In this document: positions 1-9,225 of the stretch, one piece after another | Layout of the letters: each line of letters opens with the position of its first letter | Position numbering within the stretch: position 1 is the stretch's first letter | Source of the DNA: Bacteroidota bacterium | GTDB lineage: Bacteria > Bacteroidota > Bacteroidia > JABEUT01 | Length of the DNA: 64,000 nt | Assembly: GCA_013288205.1 (NCBI GenBank) | Contig: JABDCH010000002.1 | Location: 1,213 to 65,212, forward strand | Direction of reading: 5' to 3' | Notes under the pieces: model-generated | Told to the model about the DNA's origin: nothing | The model's database searches: none | What the model saw: only the letters and a program-made list of their open reading frames with translations | Translations under genes and position numbers: made by a program

Positions 1-525
1 GTGGGGGAGAAGGGAAGCGTTCATGCATTCGAACCTAACCGTGACAACTTCAGGCATTTGGTTTCCAATACCCGTAAACTTAAAAATGTTTTTGTAAATA
101 ATGCGGCTGTTTCAGACAAAACAGGGAAAATAAAACTATACCAGTTTGATTCGAATGTTGAACACCAAACGTATGATAATGGCGAAGGCAAAAATTTTAT
201 CGAAATAGATTGCATTTCGCTGGATGATTATTTTAACAAAGGGGAATCCATCAGTCTTATAAAAACAGATACAGAAGGCTATGATTATTTCGTTATTAAT
301 GGGATGAAAGAGACTATTAAAAAGCAAAAGAATCTTGTATTGACAACCGAATTCTGGCCTTGGGGATTATCAAAAGCCGGTGTTGAACCTAAAAAATTTA
401 TTTTGCTGTTGAAGGAATTGGGTTTTGATATTACATATACCGACCCCAAAGCTGAACATGAATATGAACAAATGGTAGGAAACAGGTATTTTATTACCGA
501 TATTTTAGCTACGGCTAACAGATAA
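1..525 (+). CDS. FkbM-family methyltransferase, C-terminal part (5' end outside window)
   Basis: Frame is open from base 1 to TAA at 523-525. Blocks 'VHAFEPN' and 'IKTDTEGYDYFVINGM' resemble FkbM-type SAM methyltransferases. Confidence 0.65.
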   Translation: MGEKGSVHAFEPNRDNFRHLVSNTRKLKNVFVNNAAVSDKTGKIKLYQFDSNVEHQTYDNGEGKNFIEIDCISLDDYFNKGESISLIKTDTEGYDYFVINGMKETIKKQKNLVLTTEFWPWGLSKAGVEPKKFILLLKELGFDITYTDPKAEHEYEQMVGNRYFITDILATANR

Positions 526-587
526 ACCCTTTTAGATTATTTTTATGTGAATATTCTTTACAAAACTTGTTTTTTTGAGAGAACATT

Positions 588-595
588 TAAATTTG
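588..595 (+). promoter_or_regulatory. -7 box TAAATTTG (TAnnTTTG) for the first TMTC-like gene
   Basis: Exact match to the Bacteroidota sigma-A -7 consensus. Only 8 nt separate it from ATG 604, so the mRNA would be nearly leaderless. Confidence 0.4.
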
Positions 596-603
596 CCTCT
601 TGA

Positions 604-2712
604 ATGAGTAATAAACCATCAAAATATAATAAACCACAACAAAAGCCACCGGTACAAAAAGCTGGCAGGCCTGTTCAACAAGTAAAAACGGCGGTTGGTT
701 CCGAATACTCGCCCTGGCTTAACTATGGCTTGTTAGGAGGGATATTGCTGGTGGTTTTGTGGTGCTATCATTACACGTTCAGTAACCATTTCACCAACTG
801 GGATGACGGGCTATACATATATGAAAATGTGTATATCAAAAACCTGTCGGCCAATCTGAAACCCATATTGTTTACGGCCGCCGGCATTGCCTATTATCAT
901 CCGCTTACCATGCTTTCGCTGGCTATTAACTGGCATTTTTCAGGGGCAAACCCCGGATCATATTACGCTACCGATGTTATTCTGCATTTACTGAATACCA
1001 TCCTTATATTCTTTTTATCGCGCGCTACATTGGAAGCCATGGTGGAAAAAGGATACGGTAAAATTAATGGGATACCCTATCTCGCAGGTCTTTGTGCCCT
1101 ATTGCACGGGATTCATCCCATGCATGTAGAATCGGTTTCATGGATTGCGGAACGTAAGGATGTTCTTTATTTATTCTTTTATATACTGGGCCTGATGGCG
1201 TATGTAAAATATGAGCTTGAAAATAAATGGAAACAATTAGGTCTTGTGACATTGTTCTATTTTCTGGCACTCTCTTCAAAGCCACTGGCTGTTACATTTC
1301 CTTTATCGCTTTTTGCATTTGATATATTACTGAAACGCAAAATAGACTTAAAGCTATTCCTTGAGAAAATACCCTTTGTCATCATATCTATTGTTTTTGG
1401 ATTATTGACATATATCTCGTCCGATAAAAGCGGAGCCATAACTAACTCTGCCGTATTTACACAGATACAAAAGATATCGTTTGTGGGTACCAACTACCTG
1501 ATGTATCTGTGGAAATATTTTGTTCCTACACACCTTTCTTCTTACTATCCATACCCTGAGCTGAACGATAATAACATACTTCCTTTTTATTACTATGGGG
1601 CACCTTTCGCCGCTCTTGCTATTACAGCAGGACTGGTTTTCCTTGCTTATAAAAAAGGCGAAAACTATTTCCGGATGGTCCTCTTCGGTTTTGGTTATTA
1701 CTTTTTTAATGTAATGTTCATTCTACAGTATATATCTGCCGGTCCTGCTATTATGGCAGACAGGTATAGCTATGCGGCTTATATCGGGGTCACTTTTGCG
1801 CTGGTATGTTTCCTTTATATTTTATTGAACAAACTGCCGCAATCCTTCAAAACGCCTGTTATGGTTTTGGTCGGGGCGTTCTGTTGCATGCTTGCCTACT
1901 TGTGCCAGGCACGTACACAAGTGTGGCATAATACCGAGACTTTATGGAAAGATGTAATTGCCAAGTACCCTGCAAAGGTTGATACAGTGTATAATGCCAC
2001 CCGTACCCAATTTGTGGTTCATATTCACCCGGGAGTTGAAACTTCTTATAAAAACCTGGGCAACTATTTTGTGCAGGATTTAAATCCACCCAATTACGAT
2101 AGCGCCTATATGAATTACGAAGTGCTTGAAGAAACCAAAAGTAAAGATGCCGGCGTATACAGCAATTTGGGAAATATATGGGCCATTCGTAATAATTTGA
2201 CCAAATCACTCGAAGAGTACACCAAATCGTTAAGCCTGAATAATAAAAGCTTTGATACCTATCTTGACAGGGGGATTACCTATTCGCGTGTAGGGCAAGA
2301 CAGTCTTGCCCTGGAAGATTATAATCATGCCTACCTGCTTGATTCCAGCAATCAGCGCCTGCTTGAGGTAAGGGGCTACCTGTTGCTGAATGGATTACAT
2401 AATTATAAAGCTTCCCTGGTTGATTTTAATAAGCTTATCAGGATTGACCCTACCAATATGAGTTATTATAAAAACAGGGGATTAGCAGAATTAAACATTG
2501 GAGACTTGAAATCGGCCACAGATGATTTTAGCAAAGTTATAAATGCTGATCCGAAAGATGGTGAATGCTGGTATTATTTCTCATTTGCCAATAAGGTGCT
2601 TAAATCATACAAGACAGCTATTGAGTATGCCCAAAAAGCCAAGCAATATGGATATAAATTACCCGATGGGTATATAGAACTGCTGCAAAAATCAGCACAA
2701 TCGGGAAATTAA
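604..2712 (+). CDS. TMTC-like polytopic membrane protein (GT-C/PMT_2-like core with DUF1736 block) and C-terminal TPR domain, paralog 1
   Basis: 702 aa. Lys/Pro/Gln-rich N-tail followed by many hydrophobic helices. 'NWDD' sits after the first helix. Also 'YYHPLTMLSLAINWHF' and 'HPMHVESVSWIAERKDVLY' (DUF1736-type signature). The C-terminal ~230 aa carry TPR-like repeats (YKNLGNYF, YSNLGNIW, YLDRGITY, YKNRGLAE). Confidence 0.7.
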   Translation: MSNKPSKYNKPQQKPPVQKAGRPVQQVKTAVGSEYSPWLNYGLLGGILLVVLWCYHYTFSNHFTNWDDGLYIYENVYIKNLSANLKPILFTAAGIAYYHPLTMLSLAINWHFSGANPGSYYATDVILHLLNTILIFFLSRATLEAMVEKGYGKINGIPYLAGLCALLHGIHPMHVESVSWIAERKDVLYLFFYILGLMAYVKYELENKWKQLGLVTLFYFLALSSKPLAVTFPLSLFAFDILLKRKIDLKLFLEKIPFVIISIVFGLLTYISSDKSGAITNSAVFTQIQKISFVGTNYLMYLWKYFVPTHLSSYYPYPELNDNNILPFYYYGAPFAALAITAGLVFLAYKKGENYFRMVLFGFGYYFFNVMFILQYISAGPAIMADRYSYAAYIGVTFALVCFLYILLNKLPQSFKTPVMVLVGAFCCMLAYLCQARTQVWHNTETLWKDVIAKYPAKVDTVYNATRTQFVVHIHPGVETSYKNLGNYFVQDLNPPNYDSAYMNYEVLEETKSKDAGVYSNLGNIWAIRNNLTKSLEEYTKSLSLNNKSFDTYLDRGITYSRVGQDSLALEDYNHAYLLDSSNQRLLEVRGYLLLNGLHNYKASLVDFNKLIRIDPTNMSYYKNRGLAELNIGDLKSATDDFSKVINADPKDGECWYYFSFANKVLKSYKTAIEYAQKAKQYGYKLPDGYIELLQKSAQSGN

Positions 2713-2728
2713 TAGGGTTGGTGAAGGC

Positions 2729-5026
2729 ATGAATAAGCCCAGGAAACATATACCTAAAAAAGCCCCTGCAGTTGCGGTAAAACCCAAACAGCAAGCAGCG
2801 GTAAAACAGTCTTCCATGAGTTCCCGCGACAGGGATATTGCTTTATTAGCGGGTGTTTCGATCATCATATTTATTTGCTTTCGTTATGCATTGCATAACC
2901 AGTTTTTGAGCGATTGGGACGACTGGATTTATATCCCAAAAAATAGATTTATTAAGGCTTTTACTGCAGAGAATTTTCATAACATGTTGTTTAAGGACAT
3001 AACGCTCAATTATTATCATCCTATTACCTTGTTATCATTGGCACTGAACTATCACTTTTCACAGCTCGACCCCTGGGCATATTATTTTACCAATATCCTG
3101 CTTCATATCATTAACGCGGTTCTGGTATTTTATTTTATTAGGACCTTAATGGAAGCTATGGTTAAAGTGGGGTATAAGCAAATTCCTTTTATTCCCTGGT
3201 TGGCTGCTATCGGTGCGCTATTGCATGGTTTACATCCCATGCACGTGGAGTCGGTTGCGTGTATTGCCGAACGCAAGGATGTAATGTATGCCATCTTTTA
3301 TTTTGCAGGACTGATAATGTATATCTGTTACATACAGGGTGCCAAATTCCGGTGGATGCTTTATGTAAATAGCGCACTTGCACTGGCTTGCCTGTGGGGA
3401 ATGATAGGCCTTAAAGATTTCAGCCTCGATGTGACCAAAACCTTTATGCTTTCAGATCCGCTGATATTATTGACTCCTTTCATATTACTCAGTTTGGCCA
3501 TCCTTGCCGAAGTAAAATACAAAAGTCCTCAAATGGGCATGTTTTATGTAGTAGAGTTTTTCATATTCTCCATGCTTTCCAAACCTATGGCAGTTTCGTT
3601 TCCTTTTGCCCTGATTGCTGTAGATTTCTTATTGAAACGTGATACTCTATCTATACTTACCACTCCCGGAACAGAAACACTATATAACATATTTTGCAAG
3701 TGGCTTTTTAATCTCCTGCCCGGATCATTATTCCGGAGCAAGTTAAAAGCGTTAGTGAAATTGACGGTAGAAAAATGGATGTTTTTTGTTATTGCATTTT
3801 TATCAGGAATACAATCTATTTATATGCAAGGTACTACTCATTCGCTTGCATTCACCAATGGTTACACGGTTTTTCAAAAATTCCTGATAGCCTGCTATAC
3901 TTTTACCATGTACATGGTAAAAGCTTTTTATCCTGCTACCCTGAATGCTTTTTATCCTTTTCCTAATCTTACCTCCGATTACCGGATGCCTTCCATTTTT
4001 TATGTGGCTCCTTTATTCGCAGCAGCTATTGTTTTCATCCCGCTCTATCTGACCCGCAAAAACAATAACTTCTTCAGGGTTGTATTATTCGGTCTTGGAT
4101 TTTATTTTGCCAACCTGGTTTTTGTGCTTCAGTTTCTTTCTTCCGGAATGACTATCATTTCTGAAAGATACAGTTACATAGCCTACTTCGGACCCATATT
4201 TACCGTTATTTATTTTGCACACTGGTTCTGGCAAAAAGATAAAAAATATCATGTAGCCATAGCCACTTTGCTAACCTGCGTTTGTGCTATTCTGTTTTAT
4301 TTGAGTGAGCAACGGACAAAAGTATGGCATGACCCGGAAACGTTGTGGACAGATGTAATCAATAAGACCGCAGACCAACAACCTCAAACGCCCTATTTCA
4401 ACCTGGCAAGCTATTATATTGATAGTGCAAAATTCGATAAAGCTTATGTAGATTACGCTATCCTGGTGAAGATAGGGTCAAAGGATCCGCTTGTGTTCCG
4501 CAACCTCGCTATGATTTATGGTATGCGCAAACAACCTGATTCTTCCCTCTATTTCTTCTCCAAAGCGTTGGAGCACGATAGCAATGATGCTTCTGTATAT
4601 ACCAACCGTGCTATTACGTATGCAAATTTGGGTAATCTGGATCTTGCCTTGAAGGACTTTACCAAAGCCTATTCATGTGATACTTCGCAAAATGCGACCC
4701 TGGCACAAGCTGCAGCCATTGCCTACGAGTTAAAAAAATACAATGGTGCGCTTGTCGATTATAATACCCTCATCCGGAAAAAGCCAGAAGAATCTTCCTA
4801 TTACCTGCTTCGAGGAAATACTTATCTGGATGGTGGGAATCCACAAATGGCCATACAGGACTATACGCACATGTTGCAACTTTCTCCAAAAAATGGGGAA
4901 TGCATGTACGATATGTCTATCGCTTACCATACGCTGAAAGATAATGCACATGCTGTGCAATATGCTACTATGGCTCAAAATAACGGGTACAAGCTGCCCG
5001 ATAATTACCTGGCTACACTTAAATGA
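2729..5026 (+). CDS. TMTC-like membrane protein with C-terminal TPR domain, paralog 2
   Basis: 765 aa. Same blocks as paralog 1: 'SDWDDWIY', 'YYHPITLLSLALNYHF', 'HPMHVESVACIAERKDVMY', 'SERYSYIAYFG', 'RTKVWHDPETLWTDVI'. TPR-like C-terminus. Extra hydrophobic insertions relative to paralogs 1 and 3. Confidence 0.7.
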   Translation: MNKPRKHIPKKAPAVAVKPKQQAAVKQSSMSSRDRDIALLAGVSIIIFICFRYALHNQFLSDWDDWIYIPKNRFIKAFTAENFHNMLFKDITLNYYHPITLLSLALNYHFSQLDPWAYYFTNILLHIINAVLVFYFIRTLMEAMVKVGYKQIPFIPWLAAIGALLHGLHPMHVESVACIAERKDVMYAIFYFAGLIMYICYIQGAKFRWMLYVNSALALACLWGMIGLKDFSLDVTKTFMLSDPLILLTPFILLSLAILAEVKYKSPQMGMFYVVEFFIFSMLSKPMAVSFPFALIAVDFLLKRDTLSILTTPGTETLYNIFCKWLFNLLPGSLFRSKLKALVKLTVEKWMFFVIAFLSGIQSIYMQGTTHSLAFTNGYTVFQKFLIACYTFTMYMVKAFYPATLNAFYPFPNLTSDYRMPSIFYVAPLFAAAIVFIPLYLTRKNNNFFRVVLFGLGFYFANLVFVLQFLSSGMTIISERYSYIAYFGPIFTVIYFAHWFWQKDKKYHVAIATLLTCVCAILFYLSEQRTKVWHDPETLWTDVINKTADQQPQTPYFNLASYYIDSAKFDKAYVDYAILVKIGSKDPLVFRNLAMIYGMRKQPDSSLYFFSKALEHDSNDASVYTNRAITYANLGNLDLALKDFTKAYSCDTSQNATLAQAAAIAYELKKYNGALVDYNTLIRKKPEESSYYLLRGNTYLDGGNPQMAIQDYTHMLQLSPKNGECMYDMSIAYHTLKDNAHAVQYATMAQNNGYKLPDNYLATLK

Positions 5027-7089
5027 GCGCCAACAAACCAAAATATAACAAACAGGTATCGGCAAAGAAACCGAAAGTAGTAACAACTTTGCCTGTTAAA
5101 AAAAGTGAGAGTTTTAACTTTTCATCAAGCAGCAAGGAGTTGAAGTACGGTATTGTTGCAGGGATATTAATTCTCACATTCTGGTGTTACCATTATTCAC
5201 TGCATAACCAGTTCCTTAATTGGGATGATGGCCTCTACGTATTTGGTAATAAATATCTAAAAAATCTTACCTGGGAAAACTTAAAGATGATATTGTTTCA
5301 CAGCATTACGCCCAGCAATTATCATCCGCTTACCATGCTTTCGTTAGCAATCAATTGGCATTTTTCGCATAATTCTCCGCCGTTATATTACCTTACTAAT
5401 ATATTCATTCACATGGCCAATATTATATTGGTGTTTTTATTGGTTACAAAGCTTTGCGAGAGAATAGTATCCTACAGCCCGCAAGCGGCTAAACATAAAC
5501 TTTTCATTGCCAGTTTTTGTGCCCTATGGTTTGCTGTGCATCCTATGCACGTTGAATCTATATCGTGGGTATCGGAACGCAAAGATGTGTTGTATGCATT
5601 CTTTTATTTGTTAGGGTTAATTGCTTACCTGCGATACACGGAAAATAAAACATCTACCATACTTGGTATAAAAGTCTCGACTAATGGCTGGTATGGTATT
5701 ACTTTCTTGTTGTTTCTCCTGTCCTGTCTTTCCAAGCCAATGGCGGTGTCGTTCCCACTTATCATGTTCACTATTGATTTTTTATTGGGAAGAAAATGGG
5801 AGCGGAAAATCATCACTGAAAAAATGCTCTTTCTGGCCTGTTCCATATTTTTTGGCTTGGTGGCATACCGCATTCAAAAAGAGAGCGGGGCTGTTGCCGA
5901 TTTCCACACTATCAATCTGCCAGATCGGATATTATTTACATTCTACGGTTTTAACATGTACCTGGTGCGCTTATTTTACCCGGTCCATCTGAATGCATTT
6001 GCGCCCTATCCGAATTTACAGCCCGGGGTAACATTGCCCATGTTGTTTTACATCATGCCTATTGCTACCTTATTACTTTGGGCAGTTCCGTTCTATTTTA
6101 AATGGAAGAAAATGGATGCGCTTTTCCGTGTAACCTTATTTGGATTAAGCTTTTATTTTTTGAATGTGGTTTTTGTGTTGCAATTTATTTCCTGCGGCGA
6201 TGCCATTATAGCAGACCGCTACACTTACACGGCTTACTTCGGTCCCGTATTTGCAATTATATATTTAGCCAACGAATGCATGATCGCTATTCCCGCGATT
6301 AAAAACTGGCTTATTGGATTGCTGGCAGCCCTTTCTGTTATGTTTGCTGTGCTTTGTGAAGCACGCACCAAAGTGTGGCATAACCCGGAAACATTTTGGA
6401 GCGATGTGATTGTGAAAAGCGACATGCATTCACAACTACCCTATTTAAATCTGGGTAACTATTTTGTTGATAGTGGCAAGTATGAAAAATCGTACCCCGA
6501 ATATTCGCTCCTTGCCAGGCTGGGAATGAAAGATGGTGGTGTGTACCGTAACCTGGCTATGATTTACGGCTTGCATCATCAGTACGATTCTTCACTCTAT
6601 TGTTTTTCGAAAGCAATAGAATACGATAGTACTAATGCCTCTATTTATACTAACCGTGCTATTACCTATGCCAACATGGGTAAATTTGATCTTGCACTGA
6701 AAGACTTTAATAAAGCCTATTTGCTAGATACAACGAAAAACTTAGCATTGGAGCAGCGAGCTGGAATGTTGACGCAATTGGAGCAATTTAAAGATGCAGT
6801 AAATGATTATAATAAGCTGATAATGCGCGAACCTAAGGAACTATCTTTTTATTTGCAAAGAGGAAATGCCCTATTGGATGGAGGAAACCCCGAAGCAGCT
6901 ACGCATGATTATCTGTATCTATTAGAATTGCAACCTGATAATGGAACAGCTATGTATAATCTTTCAATAGCGTACGATAAACTGCGAGATGAAAAAAATG
7001 CATTGAATTATGCTGTAAAGGCAACCCAAAATAAAGTACAGGTTCCTGCCGATTATTTAATCAGGTTGCAAAAATTGGTATCCCATTAA
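5023..7089 (+). CDS. TMTC-like membrane protein with C-terminal TPR domain, paralog 3
   Basis: 688 aa. The start overlaps the paralog 2 stop by 4 nt (ATGA at 5023-5026). Blocks 'LNWDDGLYVF', 'NYHPLTMLSLAINWHF', 'HPMHVESISWVSERKDVLY', 'ADRYTYTAYFG'. The TPR-like C-terminus is closely similar to paralog 2 ('VYRNLAMIYG', 'IYTNRAITYANMG'). Confidence 0.7.
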   Translation: MSANKPKYNKQVSAKKPKVVTTLPVKKSESFNFSSSSKELKYGIVAGILILTFWCYHYSLHNQFLNWDDGLYVFGNKYLKNLTWENLKMILFHSITPSNYHPLTMLSLAINWHFSHNSPPLYYLTNIFIHMANIILVFLLVTKLCERIVSYSPQAAKHKLFIASFCALWFAVHPMHVESISWVSERKDVLYAFFYLLGLIAYLRYTENKTSTILGIKVSTNGWYGITFLLFLLSCLSKPMAVSFPLIMFTIDFLLGRKWERKIITEKMLFLACSIFFGLVAYRIQKESGAVADFHTINLPDRILFTFYGFNMYLVRLFYPVHLNAFAPYPNLQPGVTLPMLFYIMPIATLLLWAVPFYFKWKKMDALFRVTLFGLSFYFLNVVFVLQFISCGDAIIADRYTYTAYFGPVFAIIYLANECMIAIPAIKNWLIGLLAALSVMFAVLCEARTKVWHNPETFWSDVIVKSDMHSQLPYLNLGNYFVDSGKYEKSYPEYSLLARLGMKDGGVYRNLAMIYGLHHQYDSSLYCFSKAIEYDSTNASIYTNRAITYANMGKFDLALKDFNKAYLLDTTKNLALEQRAGMLTQLEQFKDAVNDYNKLIMREPKELSFYLQRGNALLDGGNPEAATHDYLYLLELQPDNGTAMYNLSIAYDKLRDEKNALNYAVKATQNKVQVPADYLIRLQKLVSH

Positions 7090-7101
7090 GTCATAATTTA
7101 A

Positions 7102-7662
7102 ATGGATCATCAAATTCTTAAAGCAGCTCAGGCCTGCCTCACAAAAGGTGGAACGATTCTCTATCCCACAGATACAATATGGGGAATAGGGTGCGATGCT
7201 ATCAATAATTTGGCTGTGAAGCGCATATTTGAAATAAAAAACCGTCCTCCGGCAAAAAGTATGATTATCCTGGTTGCAAGTATGGCTCAACTGGAATTCT
7301 ATGCCGATGTGCCTGATGTAGCAAAGGATCTAGTTGAATATGCAGAAACCCCGTTGACTATTATTTATCCCAATGCGAAACGGATAGCCGCTCCATTAAT
7401 TGCAGAGGATGGCAGTATTGCCATACGGGTAGTGAAAGATGAATTTTGTGAAATGCTTATCCGTAATTTGCGGAAGCCCTTGGTATCTACATCAGCCAAT
7501 ATAAGTGGAAAACCTGCGCCTGTTTATTTTGACGAAATTAGCGATGAAATAAAAAACCAAGTTGATTATATAGTACCTTTAAGACAATCGGAGCACACAA
7601 AAAGCAAGCCTTCCCGGATTATTAAACTTGGAATGAACGGGGCTATTGAGATAATAAGATAA
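7102..7662 (+). CDS. tsaC: L-threonylcarbamoyladenylate synthase (YrdC/TsaC family)
   Basis: 186 aa. 'ILYPTDTIWGIGCDA' and 'LVSTSANISGKP' are typical YrdC-domain blocks. Confidence 0.8.
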   Translation: MDHQILKAAQACLTKGGTILYPTDTIWGIGCDAINNLAVKRIFEIKNRPPAKSMIILVASMAQLEFYADVPDVAKDLVEYAETPLTIIYPNAKRIAAPLIAEDGSIAIRVVKDEFCEMLIRNLRKPLVSTSANISGKPAPVYFDEISDEIKNQVDYIVPLRQSEHTKSKPSRIIKLGMNGAIEIIR

Positions 7663-9099
7663 ATGAATAAAACAGAAATAGACGCAATTAGCAGGCAGGC
7701 CATAACCCTTCCTGTTTTTAAAATAATTGCCGAAGCTGCTGATGCGCTTGGTGTAGATGCGTATGCAGTAGGTGGATATGTGCGCGATTTTTATTTATAT
7801 CGTCCTTGTAAAGATATTGATATAGTTGCTATCGGAAAAGGAATTGAACTGGCATTGGAAGTAGCCAAGCGCTTAGGCGATCGCAAAGTAAATGTATACA
7901 AGAATTTTGGTACGGCGCAAATAGTATACGAAGAGTATAACATTGAATTTGTAGGAGCAAGAAAGGAATCGTACCGTAGCGACTCCCGCAAACCACTGGT
8001 GGAAGATGGCACCCTGGATGATGACCAGAAACGCAGGGACTTCACCATTAATGCGCTTGCCATTGGTCTCAGCAAAAATAATTATGGTGTATTGGTTGAT
8101 TCTTTTGGTGGGATAAATGATTTGGAAAATCGCATTATACGCACTCCACTTGATCCGGATATTACCTATAGCGACGACCCTTTGCGCATGATGCGCGCCA
8201 TCAGGTTTGCATCGCAGTTGGGATTTGATATTGAAAAAGAATCATTCGATTCTATTTGCAGAAATAAAGAGCGAATTAAAATCATTTCCAAAGAACGTAT
8301 TACTGATGAGTTAAACAAAATCATTCTTTCCGATATACCCTCGGTTGGATTTAGCCTTTTGTTTGATTCGGGTTTATTGCACATTATTTTCCCTGAAATG
8401 GTTGCCCTGCAAGGAGTAGATAGTGTGGGGGTACAAAGTCATAAAGATAATTTTTATCACACGTTACAAGTGTTGGATAACCTTTCATTGCGCACAAAAG
8501 ATTTGTGGTTACGTTGGGCTGCAGTGCTCCATGATATTGCAAAACCCTTAACTAAGCGTTTCGATAATAAAGCAGGATGGACATTTCATGGGCACGAAGA
8601 TAAAGGCGCCCGTATGGTTCCTAAAATATTCGCTGATCTGAAATTGCCGCAAAATGAAAAAATGAAATACGTGCAGAAGCTTGTGTTGCTTCACTTGCGG
8701 CCTATTGTGTTGGCACAGGAAGTGGTGACTGATTCGGCTGTGCGTCGTCTGCTTGCCGATGCAGGGGACGATATTGATGATTTAATGTTGCTCTGCCAAG
8801 CTGATATTACTACTAAGAATTTTGCTAAGGTTAAAAAATATAAAACCAATTTTGAGTTGGTGCAGCGCAAGTTGAAAGAGGTAGAGGAGAAGGATCATCT
8901 GCGCAACTGGCAACCTCCTGTTACAGGCGAAGATATTATGAAAGCATTTGACATAGGCCCTTCATTGCAGGTAGGTATTCTTAAAAACGCGATTCGTGAG
9001 GCAGTGCTCGATGGAATTGTTCCTAATGAGCGTGATGCAGTATATCAATTCATGTTGGAGAAGGGTATAGAAATGGGCCTTCAGAGGCCTAAAGAATAA
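7663..9099 (+). CDS. cca: CCA tRNA nucleotidyltransferase / poly(A) polymerase-family enzyme with HD domain
   Basis: 478 aa. 'AVGGYVRDFYL..KDIDIV' and 'RRDFTINALA' form a nucleotidyltransferase head; 'LHDIAKP' marks an HD domain. It starts directly after the tsaC stop. The two tRNA-Leu genes in this window do not encode CCA. Confidence 0.75.
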   Translation: MNKTEIDAISRQAITLPVFKIIAEAADALGVDAYAVGGYVRDFYLYRPCKDIDIVAIGKGIELALEVAKRLGDRKVNVYKNFGTAQIVYEEYNIEFVGARKESYRSDSRKPLVEDGTLDDDQKRRDFTINALAIGLSKNNYGVLVDSFGGINDLENRIIRTPLDPDITYSDDPLRMMRAIRFASQLGFDIEKESFDSICRNKERIKIISKERITDELNKIILSDIPSVGFSLLFDSGLLHIIFPEMVALQGVDSVGVQSHKDNFYHTLQVLDNLSLRTKDLWLRWAAVLHDIAKPLTKRFDNKAGWTFHGHEDKGARMVPKIFADLKLPQNEKMKYVQKLVLLHLRPIVLAQEVVTDSAVRRLLADAGDDIDDLMLLCQADITTKNFAKVKKYKTNFELVQRKLKEVEEKDHLRNWQPPVTGEDIMKAFDIGPSLQVGILKNAIREAVLDGIVPNERDAVYQFMLEKGIEMGLQRPKE

Positions 9100-9162
9100 C
9101 GTTTAACAGTAGGCTGTTCATAGTTTATAATTTCATAACCTACAGTTAATAGCTATCTTCTA

Positions 9163-9170
9163 TACCTTTG
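9163..9170 (+). promoter_or_regulatory. -7 box TACCTTTG for the M61 peptidase gene
   Basis: TAnnTTTG match 55 nt upstream of ATG 9226. Confidence 0.4.
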
Positions 9171-9225
9171 GCGATTAAAAAAAATAGGTGCCATCTTTTA
9201 ATCCCTAATTCATAATTCCTGATTA

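Noticed and set aside
7877-7884. GCGATCGC (the cyanobacterial HIP1 palindrome) inside the cca gene.
   Set aside because: I noticed only a single occurrence. Everything else in the window points to Bacteroidota, so this is most likely chance.
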